From Blepharisma stoltei ATCC 30299 (Eukaryota; Protista; Ciliophora): a DNA stretch of 64,000 nucleotides. The position numbers and the translations under genes were made by a program. Below the pieces are notes generated by a model that was not told the DNA's origin, searched no databases, and was given only the letters and a program-made list of their open reading frames with translations. The stretch spans positions 434,001-498,000 of the forward strand of contig CBFDEM010000033.1 in assembly GCA_965603825.1 (NCBI GenBank). The letters run 5' to 3'. Below are positions 52,494 to 64,000 of this stretch, piece by piece (the stretch's first letter is position 1; each line of letters opens with the position of its first letter).

Positions 52494-53201
52494 TTATATA
52501 GACTTATCCATAAAATGTTTAATAGTCTCCAATACTTCTTCCTGGCATGGATTTGCATTTTGATCTACTCCTAACGAATGCCACTGTTTTTGGCTACTTC
52601 TACATGACTTATACAGCTCATTCGCACTTGGCATAATAGCACTATCGTCTTTATTCCCGTGAATTACCAGTATAGGGCATCTAATATTTTTCATTTTTTC
52701 AATACTAGGGAACATCTCCCTAGGAAACGTGAATTTATTATCAGAATTTCCTCTGAAATTATAGTTTAAAGGGCCTTGTAATATTAGGCCACCGACGTCT
52801 GGGTATTTTTCTGCTAGATGGCAGCTAGGAGCGACACCTATAGATCTTCCATATAGAAAAATCTTGGATCGAGAAGTCCTTAAGCATTCATAAACAAACC
52901 AAAACGCTGACTCACAGTCTGAGTAGCCAAATTCAGAAACCTGAGTTTCTCCATCATTAAAATACGAATATTCATATATGAAAATATTCGCTTTTAACGT
53001 CTGCAATAAATTATTTTTTACTCATTCTTCGATTTGGCTGAAATCTTCGTCGCATCCATGAGAAATAATTAAAGTCACATTATAGCCTTGGTTGAAATAT
53101 TGGGCTTGTATTGTGTTTCCGTCAGCTGTCTTTAAGCTTAGCTGGGAGCCGAGCATTTTGGCTTGAGAAGGAGGGATTAATCTAGATTTGGCGCAGCCCA
53201 T
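52494..53201 (-). CDS. ABHD17-like alpha/beta hydrolase (possibly catalytically dead)
   Basis: MGCAKS N-terminus, ISHGCDED, LYGRSIG nucleophile elbow, CPILVIHGNKDD; start 53201 via TGA read-through. Confidence 0.8.
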
Positions 53202-53210
53202 ATTTATCTA

Positions 53211-54575
53211 TTACCTATTTAAAGCTATTTCAAGCATTTTTTCAATATTTTTTACTTTTTCTCTAGGTTTTCCTGATAATTTTCCTTGTGAGATTTCATA
53301 GGCATCAATTTTAAGCCAGTCTTGAAAAGTCACAACAGGCTTATTTTCTAAAATTTTGTGTATTTTATCTTCTTTTGGTGTGAAAACTCCTTTATTGTAG
53401 TCTTTTATGATAGTTTCCGCAGTTTCCTATATATTTTTTACAAATGAGCTCCTCATAGTCGCATCAATTACTCCATATGGCCCAGTTTTAGCCCATCCTG
53501 AGACATAAGTGTTTTCTGAAATTTTTCCTTCTGTATTAATTAAAATTCCTTCTTTATTATCATAAGGTAGCTCTCCATCTATATGAATTCCTTTATATCC
53601 AATGCTACGGAACAAAAGGTCGCATGGAATTTCTATAGTCGAATCTAAAGGCCTTGCAATTTGTTTATAACTATTCCCTACCAATGCATTTTTCTGTAGT
53701 GTTAAAATGCCTTGCTCATACCTTATGGGAGACAATAAATACCTAAAATCAATCTTAACTCTTGAATTTGTTTTGTGCTCTCTTGGGAAAGAATTAATTA
53801 AATCAAATAATCTTTTTCTGGCCCTGGTATTGGCAAAATGTTCTTTATCATAATTCACATCAATTTCTTTTTGACTGCTTTCATTTAGACTGTCTCTGAT
53901 CTCATCCTCAAAAACTCTTATAGAAATTCCTGGGATATTTGAAAGCATCCTAAGCTCTTTTACAGTCATTGCACTTTGAATTGCTCCTCTTCTGCCTATA
54001 ACTTCAATATTTTCTATTTGACTGCTCCTTAACTCTTCAAGCGCTATATTAGAAATATCAGTTTTTTCTAAGCGGTCTATAGGGCTTCCCATAATTCTTA
54101 CTAAATCAATTGCAACATTGCCATTCCCGATAATTGCGACCTTTTTGATTCCTTTCAAACTGAAACTATCGCAGCCAGGCAACGCATTATACCATTCAAC
54201 AAAGGATCTTGCAGACTTTGATAAGTGTCCACCTATTATATCAAGTGCTTTATCAGAGCTGGATCCATGTGCATAAATTACAGCTGAATAGTTTTCTATT
54301 AATTGACTATGTGTGATATCAGTTCCCTATATAGTATATACAATTTTAATATTTCCAAAAAATCTTACTTGTTCTAATTGCCCTAATTGTGAAAACTCAG
54401 TAATAACATTTTTTATTTCAGGATGATCTGGAGCTACCCCATATCGAATTAATCCATAAGGTGTAGGGAATTTTTCAAAAATATCAATTTTACAGTTTGG
54501 GATGGATTTCAACAATGATTTTGCAGTAAAAAATGCAGCTGGTCCAGAGCCGACTAGTGAAAATCTCAGTGCCAT
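53211..54575 (-). CDS. FDXR: NADPH:adrenodoxin (ferredoxin) oxidoreductase
   Basis: VGSGPA, PYGLIRYGVAPDH, FVEWYN, IIGNGNVAIDLVR, IGRRG, SGWAKTGPYGVI, KPREKV; 15-nt introns 54327-54341 and 53427-53441. Confidence 0.93.
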
Positions 54576-54607
54576 TGGAAACTTATTACATATTTATTAA
54601 TAAAAAT
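54576..54607. promoter_or_regulatory. 32-nt spacer between divergent FDXR and GALE start codons (candidate bidirectional promoter)
   Basis: Head-to-head ATGs at 54575(-) and 54608(+), with an AT-rich spacer. Confidence 0.5.
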
Positions 54608-55606
54608 ATGAGCGTATTAGTGACAGGTGGACTTGGGTACATAGGCGCTCATATAGTTGTAGAACTTTCTGCTCATTTTGAGAAAATCCATATTATTGAC
54701 GACTTGTCAAATGCAAATTTATCAGTCTTGGAAAATCTCAGAAAATTGGTCCCTGAGGAAAAACTTATTTTTCACCAAGGAGATATAAGAAATCCAGAAT
54801 TCTTAGAAAATGTATTTGGGGAATCTATTGATTCAGTAGTGCATTTAGCAGCGAAAAAAGCAGTTGGAGAGAGTATGAGCAATCCTTTATTGTATTATGA
54901 CGTCAATGTCGCTGGCACTCTTAATTTAATAAAAGCTATGAGAAATCACAGAGTGAAAAAATTGATTTTTTCAAGCACAGCTTGCGTATATAAAGAAAAA
55001 ACTCTCCCACATACAGAAGATGATACCCTTGAGCCTGAAAATGTATATGGACAGACAAAGCTGATCTCAGAGACTATGATAGGTGACTACGCAAAAAGTG
55101 ATTCAGAGTTCCAAGCTATAATTTTGCGCTATTTTAATGCTGTAGGTGCTCATCCTTCAGGGCTGATTGGAGAAGACCCTAGAGGAATCCCAAATAACCT
55201 ACTTCCTTATATACAGCGTGTAGCATTAGGAAGTCTGCCTCAATTAAATATATTCGGTGACGATTATAATACCCCAGATGGCACTGCGATTAGAGATTAT
55301 ATTCACGTCGTTGATTTGGCTCATGGCCATATTTCTGCTTTATTAAATTTGACACCAGGTGTAAAAATTTATAATTTAGGTACAGGAAAAGGCTCCAGTG
55401 TCAAAGAAGTAGTTGAGGCTTATGAAAAAGCGATAAATAGAGAAATCAATAAAAGAGTTGCTGAAAGAAGACCTGGAGATGTCGATGTTTTGTTAGCAGA
55501 TCCTAGCAAGGCTAATAGAGAATTAAACTGGAGATCAGAAAAAACTCTGAGTGACATATGTGAAGATGACTGGAGATTTGCTAGAAACTCAAAGATAGTT
55601 ATTTAA
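54608..55606 (+). CDS. GALE: UDP-glucose 4-epimerase
   Basis: VLVTGGLGYIGAH, HLAAKKAVGES, YGQTK, LRYFNAVGAHPSGLIGEDPRGIPNNLLPY, DGTAIRDYIHV. Confidence 0.96.
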   Translation: MSVLVTGGLGYIGAHIVVELSAHFEKIHIIDDLSNANLSVLENLRKLVPEEKLIFHQGDIRNPEFLENVFGESIDSVVHLAAKKAVGESMSNPLLYYDVNVAGTLNLIKAMRNHRVKKLIFSSTACVYKEKTLPHTEDDTLEPENVYGQTKLISETMIGDYAKSDSEFQAIILRYFNAVGAHPSGLIGEDPRGIPNNLLPYIQRVALGSLPQLNIFGDDYNTPDGTAIRDYIHVVDLAHGHISALLNLTPGVKIYNLGTGKGSSVKEVVEAYEKAINREINKRVAERRPGDVDVLLADPSKANRELNWRSEKTLSDICEDDWRFARNSKIVI

Positions 55607-55617
55607 TTATATATAAA

Positions 55618-57087
55618 TTATCGTTTCATTAGCGCCAAATCGAACATTCGAAGCTCTTTAATAACTCCTTTAATATGAGTGTTGCTTGGTCTTCGCATTT
55701 CAGTCAGCTTTTTTAATGGCTCATTTTTCGATAATTTTTTCATGTCATAAATGCTTAAAATTTTGTCATTCCCAGACTGTCAGTCAGGGTCTCTAGTTTG
55801 TGGAGAAACAACTGGGATTTCTAATGGAATAAAAGTTTTTTCTGCTTCATTGAATTTTTGTTTTTTGTGATTCATTTGAAGCCATTTGTCATTTAATGCC
55901 TCAACTGCTGAGTATCGGGAAAGTGGCGATATATCAGTCAGCTTTGATACAAAAGCTGCAGCTTCTGGGCTGATGTTTCTCCAATATTTATTATAAAATA
56001 CTATGTGGCATTTTTTATTTTTTTTCAGAATTTCTGCTGCTTTAATTCCTGAAAAAGGAGCTCTTCCACTCAATCTATGTTAAACTTACAATATATACAA
56101 TATAATCCCAAGGCTGAAAACATCAGCTTTAAAATAATATTTTTGTTGGTTTAATATTTCAGGGGCTACATATCCTGGCGACCCACACACTAAATCAAGC
56201 CCTTCGTCGCTGGCTTCTTCTGCGAAGCCAAAATCACACAATTTGAAATTGGTGATTCTATTTTTATTCACTAAAAGAATATTTTCTGGCTTTAAATCTC
56301 TATGTACAATATTTTTTTCTTGCATAAAAACCATCAGCTGTAAAAATTTATTCGCAAATTTTGCAACTTTTCTTTCACTGAATTTACTTTTGTGAAGGAT
56401 TGTTTGGTAGAGTTCTCCACCTTCAACGTAGTCTAAGACTAGGTGAACGCAATCTTCACTTTCATAAACGCGCAAAATATTTACAATATATGGATGCCTG
56501 ATTTTTCGAAGAATTTCGATTTCTTTAACTATTCGTTCGAGATAGCTTCGCTTGACCATAGATTTTGTAATGGATTTTATAGCAACTTTTGATCTGTTTT
56601 CAATGCACTCACCTTCGAATACGTATCCAAAGTTTCCTTTTCCGACTTCTTTGATGAAAATATAGTCGTCTTCTATGTCGATATTGATCATTTGTTGCTG
56701 GAGGCTTGGCAATCACTTTGCTAATGAATCTTCATTATCAACGTAAAAATCCATGCTACCTCGGCTTCCTACTATTTTGAAGCCAAATTTTTCGAGTTTT
56801 TCTTGAGTTTCTGTAAAAACTTCAAGCCTTTTCCATGATATATTTGTGTATTTTATTATCCTAAGATCTTTGTATGACTAAATATTTTTTACCTTGCAGT
56901 AATATAAAAAAGAGTCTTTTAATATAAAATATCTTCTTTTTTGATTACCCTTATGTAAAAAAGTAAGATATCCATGATGGCAAGAGCTATTTAAAGTAAT
57001 TTTCTGTCTATCTGAAGCCTTTCTCGAGATATATGCCCAAAAAGTTTCGCAGAAATCATCATCTGGCTGATCAAAAATGCATGGCAT
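55618..57087 (-). CDS. PH-domain + CAMK-family Ser/Thr kinase (~479 aa)
   Basis: PH-like N-terminus (KRRYFILKDSFLYY...KW), GKGNFG, VAIK, HRDLKPEN, DFG, GSPGYVAPE; 15-nt introns 56878-56892 and 56075-56089. Confidence 0.9.
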
Positions 57088-57768
57088 GTTTTATAAATGT
57101 CTGCACTGACAAGTAAAATACAGAAAGTTATGAAGAATAAACCTGAAAATCTATTATTTTTAATTATAAATTTCAATTTGGAGGCTCATTCACTATAAAC
57201 CGAAAATTCAGTGGAATTGAAAATCGGTTTTATACTGACTGTTTATTTTTTTTTGAATCTTAAATAAAATATAATTGATGAAGATATTAATTATTTTAAC
57301 ATCAGAATTCTCAGAAATCCCTATTGGTGTATATACTTTAAACGATAATTAGAAATTTTTGCAATTTGGAATTGGAAGATGGTATGATAGATACTCTTTA
57401 AGATTTTGGACTTAATAAGATAAGCTATAAGAGCGTACTTATTCATGCAACTGACTTTAATTATTGAAGATTTGTGAGAAATTGATTATTATCTTTAATA
57501 ATTGTTAAAAGCTTTTTTCAAATCTCTTAAATTAATTTGAAAATAACTTTATAAATTTATTATTAAGTTTGTTTGCCATAAATAAAAGTAGATATAGGAC
57601 ATATATAATTTCAAAAATAATGGGATTATTAAAATTCTAATATTTATATAAATAACTAAATCACTATGAGTCTAAGGTACATCTGATTATCAAGAGTTAT
57701 TTTATCGGTATTAAAAGCTCAAATTTCGAGAAATTCATGTTTTCCAATAAATTAATTTTATTTATTTA

Positions 57769-58359
57769 TTAAGCTACTTGCGGTTCATATGACTTGAACG
57801 TCCCGTTCTGAATTGCCTGCACTATTTCCCTCATCCTATTATTTGGAACTAATGAATGTACATACTGTTTAGGTGTTTGGCATTTAGGACATTTATAATC
57901 AGGTGGCACTAGTTGTGGGGAAATACATTCAAAACAAAAGGTTAAATTGCAGCATCTGGTCATAACTGCAACTCTAGGTGGATTAAAGCATAAATTACAA
58001 GAAAGTTCCTCAGGCAGCTTTTTTATTGATTTTTTCATGGCTTCTTTGAAATCTCCATGATCTTCTACACGCCTTGCGTATTGTCCAGTAGAAAGCTCGA
58101 GCAACGACTCTTTTTCTTGATCGTTTACACTATGAACGACTTGTAAAAATGTGGTCGGGATGCCTGAGGGCCTTTTCAGCCTTTTTGGATTCAGGTCATA
58201 AGCTGTGTTTCCATTTGTAGGGCAAAATTTGATAAAATGGCCTTTTTCTCCACAACGATGGCAAATATAGTTTGGGCCGGGTCGAGGCTGCATGATAACA
58301 CCATTAGTGAGAAGAGGCTGCATCATGATTTGTTTAATCCTGTCTTCTTCTGTAGCCAT
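57769..58359 (-). CDS. Zn-knuckle + RING protein (RBBP6/Mpe1-like, no DWNN domain)
   Basis: PNYICHRCGEKGHFIKFCPTN, RPSGIPTTFL, LPEELSCNLC..AVMTRCCNLTFCFECI..CPKC. Confidence 0.8.
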   Translation of the reverse strand: MATEEDRIKQIMMQPLLTNGVIMQPRPGPNYICHRCGEKGHFIKFCPTNGNTAYDLNPKRLKRPSGIPTTFLQVVHSVNDQEKESLLELSTGQYARRVEDHGDFKEAMKKSIKKLPEELSCNLCFNPPRVAVMTRCCNLTFCFECISPQLVPPDYKCPKCQTPKQYVHSLVPNNRMREIVQAIQNGTFKSYEPQVA

Positions 58360-58460
58360 TTTCTTATTATAATAAATCTAATTCTCAATTCTTTCATTTC
58401 TTCAGCTAAATTATCAAATTCTTATTTGCAATAAAAAAAACTTTTCTGTATTATACTAAA

Positions 58461-59684
58461 ATAGGGTGCTCAGCGACAACAAGAAAACCTAAAACTCGTG
58501 AAATAATCTACTCGAGTTCTCAGGAAAGAAAAATTTTTACAAAACTTGAATACTTATCCAGGCAACATCAAATTCCCTCCACAACTGCTGAGGTCGATCT
58601 TATCAAGACAACTTTCATGAACTTGCAGCGTGTCGACCCATCATTGAGAAACCGCTGAATGGAAACCATCCATAACGATATTCTTACACCTTTATATTTC
58701 GCGAATGTCGAAGAGTTTGCATATTCAAACGAAAATCCTTTTGTTCCAAATGAAGAGAAGCTTAATTTACTAAGGCTGAAGGATTTTGCAGCTTTTAATT
58801 ATGAAAAAGGTGAGCTCAGAGATTTTATGTTACATATTTTCAGTGATTTTATTGGGCTTTTTCATTTAGATATCAAAAAACTCCAGAGATTTATATTTGC
58901 AGTGTCAGAAAATTATCAAAATAACCCCTTCCACAACTATTTTCATGCAACATCTGTAACCCAAATGGTTTTTGCAATTGGTGAAAAAGCCGAGAAATAT
59001 GAACGGTTCCTGACTCCTCTGGACCGCCTTTCTTTACTTTTGTCTTCTTATGGCCACGATTTAAATCACCCAGGAGTAACCAATGCGCTTATGGTAAATT
59101 CTCGTCATCCTTTAGCAATTACATACAATGACGCATCAGTGTTAGAAAATCACCATGCAGCAACCCTTATAAATTTTCTTGAGCTCAGTGGATGTGATAT
59201 ATTTTCAGATTTTTCGCTGCAGGATAAAAATTACTTGAGGAGGATTATCATTCCTACTATATTAGGGACTGATATGGCTAAACATAAAACTGTAATGAGT
59301 GATTATACCAATATTTTTACTATAGGCTATGATAAAAATAACCAAGACCACAGACAATCAGTTATGTCTATGGTTTTGCATTCGGCTGATGTTGGAAATC
59401 CATGCTATAAATTTGAACTAGCTACTGTATGGTCACTGAGGATTATCCAGGAATTCAATCAACAGGTGATGCAAGAAGAAACCAGAGGGCTGCCTGTAAG
59501 CGAATTTTTGAGAATTGGAAATGATATTAGAAAAATTAAGCAAAATCAAATGGGATTTATTGATGGCTTTATTTACCCATTGTGGAAATTACTAGCATTA
59601 CATATGCAGGAAGCTCAGGAGTATGTAGAAGCTATTGAGCTTAACAGAAAACTGTGGGAAGAATTAGAGAATTTAGATAGTTAA
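58461..59684 (+). CDS. Class I cyclic-nucleotide phosphodiesterase (start uncertain: ATA 58461 or ATG 58617)
   Basis: NPFHNYFHA, HDLNHPGVTN, LENHH, GTDM, HSADVGNP, QMGFI; the frame is open upstream of 58659 through TGA 58656. Confidence 0.9.
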
Positions 59685-59754
59685 AATTTTATATATAATC
59701 AATAATATTGTGGGTTATTAAATATCGAAACAATTATTTCTGATTCAAATAATA

Positions 59755-60859
59755 ATGTTCATAAATAATCAGTTATACCCAAAACCATGGGAAGAGCCAA
59801 AAAAAGCAATCCGAGTCAAAACTAATGGTTATTTCCACGAGCGCAATGAAATGTGAAACTCTATCCACCATTCATCACCTAAAATCTCAAAACTTTACCT
59901 CTGCTCTCAAGAGCAGCCATATAAACCTTTGTCAACTCGTCCGTCTACAGCGTCAGCAGTCCCTTATACAACAGCTCGAAAAGAAGTCTATAATGAATTA
60001 CTTAACCATCGAAAAAGAGAACGAGAAGCTGTAATTTTCAAATTAGAGACAAATTAAAAGTGGCCAAATTTCGATTCTAGAATCTGATATAGAAACAACT
60101 AATGCAAGATTTGTCACATTTAAAAACCCTTCTGCCAACACTTTGCATCACAAATTTTCGATTTTTGATAAATATAATGACTTGCCAGCTGAAAAATTGG
60201 ATTTATTGATTGATCCTAGAATTATAAAAGTTGATGAGGAAGCTGTTGAAAATATACAAATAAAAATTGAGGAACAAAAATTCGCTGAAGAAATGAAGAA
60301 ACAATGACATGTCGAAAACCGCATGAAAATCATGAACGATTTTAAAACACTCAGCAAAAAAAACAAAGAAAAAGAAGAAAAAGCTGGTGTTGTTCATATA
60401 AAATCAGAACCATCTCGACCCTCTTCAAAATGCAGTGAAAGATTGAATCAATTATCAGCACCAACTGAAAGAAAAATTCCCAAAGTAGACGAGCTACCTG
60501 AATCCCGAGGGCTATTAAATGTGGATTTTCCAGAGGCTATAGCTATCTATATGAATAAAGGCGGATATATTCCCCTAACCACAAGAAGAGCAGATGCTTT
60601 CCCTTTGACAGATTTTCAAAAAAAAACTTTAAGTAAGCCAGATTTACAAGAGACAGACTGACGACCAACCACATCAAGAATGCCTACTAGAGTTCAATCG
60701 GCAAGGCCTTCTATCGGATATACAGAGAGAGAGTTTAACGAAATTCAAGAAGGAATGCAAGCGCTTAATGAATTTGATAGAAAATTCGGGAGCATGAAAG
60801 GGAGGGTCGGTTTTCCGCAAATTTATTTGGAAAAGTTTAAGAAAAAAGACGAAAATTAA
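59755..60859 (+). CDS. Hypothetical protein
   Basis: Continuous frame after removing the 16-nt intron 60031-60046 (gtaattttcaaattag) and reading TGA as Trp; TAA 60857-60859. Confidence 0.72.
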
Positions 60860-60886
60860 TTAAAAAATAAAATTTATTAATATAAG

Positions 60887-61588
60887 ATGGGTGAAGAAAG
60901 TCAAGTCGATATCATGTTTAAAAAACTTATTGAAAATGATAGTGGAAAGCATGTTTATGTTCCCTCACTTGATCCGGTGGGATTATATAATCATGCTATC
61001 AAACAATTCAACGCAAAAATCAATAAAACAGCTGAGGGTAGTTATGAGAGACTTGACGAAAATTGTTTTTATGCTTTGTGAATGAAAAGGTGGTGAAATC
61101 GCTTAAGAGCTGATGAGAGCATATTTTTTTTAATTTTTTCACTCCTTATTAATGTGGTTGTGTCACTTGTACCTGTTCTCAATATAATTGTTTGTGCTAT
61201 ATGGATTATCGTCTGGTTGATTTATGAAAGAATAGCAAAAAGACATAAAGAAAATTCAAAATTATGCGAAAATCCGTTTAAATACATGATTTATGCTCCA
61301 GAAGTATGCAGAAGGGCTAAGCTTATAAATCTTTATTTAGATTTGCCATCAAGAAATTTGGGATCTTTTGGGCTAAAAGAGTCACAAATATCTGTATTGC
61401 AGAGCCGATCTTTTAGTGGAACAGTAAAGTTTATGGTTTTTAACAATACTTTTAAGTTTGCCTTCACAAAATTCGGGTTTTTGAGAATATTTCATGTTTT
61501 ACAAATTCTAGCTTCAGGAGGTGCAATCACAATTGCAAATTTAGTAATATATCCAATGCTAGGGATCTCTGAATTGATATTAATTTAA
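60887..61588 (+). CDS. Hypothetical membrane protein (233 aa)
   Basis: ORFs 60887 and 61154 join through TGA; two hydrophobic segments. Confidence 0.72.
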
Positions 61589-61615
61589 TACTAAATTTAC
61601 CAAAATATGCAATTA

Positions 61616-62809
61616 CTAATCTTTTATTACAGGCCAGGTTTTATGCAAATATAGTGTCAAAGTGGAAATGTCGAATTTCCATAAGGCTTTGGAACCCCAT
61701 ATAATGATTTTTCCTTCTTCTTCAAAATAGCTCCAAGAGTTTAAAGGAAAATAGTCTTCACAGCTAAGAGAGTCTACCACTACTCCTTCTCCTTCTGTGA
61801 TAATTGAAATTGAGCGTGCTGGATTATTTTCTATCATACCGCCTAAAATTACCAATTTATGCTCTGGTGTAAAAAAGCAAGCATGCCCATATAAATTATT
61901 AGGAATTTTTACATCCAAAATAGATCATATTTTTCCAGATAGAACTTCGATTGATGCATAATTTTCTATTTCACATATTCCACCGGTCACGTATAACTTC
62001 CCTTGCATAGATGCAGCTGACGAGTGCATCCTTGGATTATTAAGTGGGGCAATTTCTTCCCAACAGTCATTTGGGTTAAGTTTTTCTACCTCTCTCCTTA
62101 GTTTTCCTTGAAAAGTTCCTCCAATTACATATACAGTCCCTTTATGAAAAACCATAAAATGGCCACTCCTTGCATGAATTAACTCTCCTATATAATTTCA
62201 GCCATTAGAAGCTTGATACCTAAATGATGGTAAACTTCCTTTGCAAGTGGCTATAATTTGTCCATCAGGTAAAACACAAACTGCGTCAAGCTCTATGTTT
62301 TCTGGAAAATTTATATTGTTTTCTCTGTCATTTACCATATCATGCAAAAACAATTCATTATCGCCAAGTGTAATTAATGTGAATGGCTGCTCAAAATAAA
62401 CTTCCTCACGAAGTGTTTCTATGTAATTTTTCTTTTTATTATTTGAAAAAGTATCATTGAAGCTACAAGAATTGTTGTTGTCGTCTATTGTTGGATATTT
62501 TCAGCTTTGAGAGTTTAAGTCAGCAAGAAATGATGCTGGGTCTTCTCTGGAATTTTCACTAAATGACTTCTCTAATAAAGATTCCAAGGTTTCATCAATT
62601 ATCATGACATCTTGATTAAAAGTCCGAATAAGCCTTTCTGATACATCTTCGCTAGAGCTTTCTTCAAAAAAAGAACGTCCTCTAGGTACGCGAATGATTA
62701 TAGGCATTTGTGTCGCATCTAATGATGTTGCAATGTTATTAATTATAAGAAGGTCTTCAGTGCTTGCATTTCCGCTATCAGAAGCATTAAGTCTCTCAAT
62801 TGATTGCAT
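61616..62809 (-). CDS. Kelch-repeat protein
   Basis: VYVIGG..WEEIAPLNNPRMHSSA..LYVTGG; three fragments in one frame via TGA. Confidence 0.85.
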
Positions 62810-63058
62810 ATTATTTATGATTAAAGTTTAAGGATTAGATAGAATCTCCACTAATATGGGGGCTATAAGAATGAACTTGGAAATTTAAATTTCCAGGATA
62901 ATTCCTAGTCTAGGTCGAGAAAAGTATGGAAAGGAAAACATCAAAATTTATATTAATGCATAAAAATAATTTATTATAATTAAATTAATTAAAGACTATG
63001 AGTCTATCTATACTAGACTCGTAATAATTTTAGTTGCAATATGATTTAAATTCATAAA

Positions 63059-64000
63059 ATGGCTTCTTCTTTTACCTATCATCAATCAGCCTCCAAAAAA
63101 GAATTTTCACAAAAAAAGACTCTCAGCCAAGCTTTATCTTCTATCCCAAATTTCAATGGAGACTATCTAAATGCAAGCTCTCATCAATTAGACGAAATTA
63201 CCACAATCCCTCTGAATTACACAAAAATTACGAAAATTAATTTATCACACAACAATTTACAAACTTTAGACGGAATTAACCAATTCAAAAATCTCACTCA
63301 TATAAATGTTTCTCATAATTATATACAAAGCTTTACAGAATTTCTTAAAATAAAAAATCCTGATAACTTACTTGTTTTAAATATTCAAGAAAACCCTATA
63401 TCTCTGCATCCAAATATTTTGCCGCTACTCTTAAGTATTTTTCCACATCTAATTGAGCTAAATAATATAAAAATTCATGATTTTATTAAGCAAGATATAT
63501 TAGACTCAATTTTATTATCGAAAACACTTATGAAATACTTATATAGGAATGAAAAATTAATTATGAGTTTAGATATTGACATAAAAAGATTAAAAATCAA
63601 ATATGAGCTATTTAATGCCTTGAAAAATAAAATTAATCCAATTACTGGCCCATATTGGGAAGATATAAACGCAGCACATAATAAAGAGCTAAAAAAACTT
63701 GAAGGCTTCCCTAAACTTCCAAAATATAATTACAACAAAATTATCAGACCATATATGATTATAAATTATATAGAAACTGCTAGTAAGGCATTACAGAAAA
63801 ATGATGATAGCAATTCTTTTGACCAGGATGAATTATTTAGAATCTATAAATGATTGTTTTGCGAAATCTTGATTTTAATGGAAAATTCAGGAAAAAATGA
63901 TTTGCAAACTTTTCTTGAAAAGAGTGCAAAAGAAACTAATATAAATATAGATGATCAAGAAAGGTTGTTTGAGACTGAACTACTACAATTTTATCAATTA
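63059..64000 (+). CDS. Leucine-rich-repeat protein (partial, runs off window)
   Basis: ITKINLSHNNLQTLDGI, LTHINVSHNYI, LLVLNIQENPI; the frame continues past TGA 63851-63853 to the window end. Confidence 0.85.

Noticed and set aside
60572-60580. ccctaac resembling a heterotrich telomeric repeat unit
   Set aside because: Single occurrence within coding sequence; no tandem array.
1-64000. tRNA, rRNA, CRISPR arrays, transposase or RT genes
   Set aside because: None recognisable by eye; tRNAscan/Infernal would be needed to exclude small RNAs.

Overview
Gene-dense, AT-rich eukaryotic DNA that reads as the macronuclear genome of a heterotrich ciliate, most likely Blepharisma (inference). UGA encodes Trp, only UAA/UAG terminate, and introns are tiny 15-16 nt GT-AG elements with an A six bases from the 3' end. 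The supplied ORF track is therefore heavily fragmented. Re-reading with UGA=Trp gives about 35 genes and pseudogenes. Housekeeping genes include ALAD/hemB, a SAM methyltransferase, FDXR, GALE, a PH-CAMK kinase, a class I PDE, a MORN protein and a JHY-like protein. The middle of the window (about 12-52 kb) is a fast-evolving array region. It holds five paralogous single-pass receptor-like E3 ligases (signal peptide-ectodomain-EGF-TM-RING-H2), about ten B-box-like Zn finger/coiled-coil/Kelch-like genes and fragments in birth-and-death turnover, a 2165-aa GPI-type Ser/Thr-rich surface protein plus a decayed paralog, and two hybrid histidine kinases joined by an apparent gene-conversion tract. Just upstream is a 2034-aa secreted protein with macroglobulin-like features. 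The best candidate for an undescribed system is a surface-sensing/ubiquitination module built from the EGF-TM-RING ligases and the RING-less TRIM-like Kelch proteins. All domain calls come from motif reading by eye; no database searches were run.
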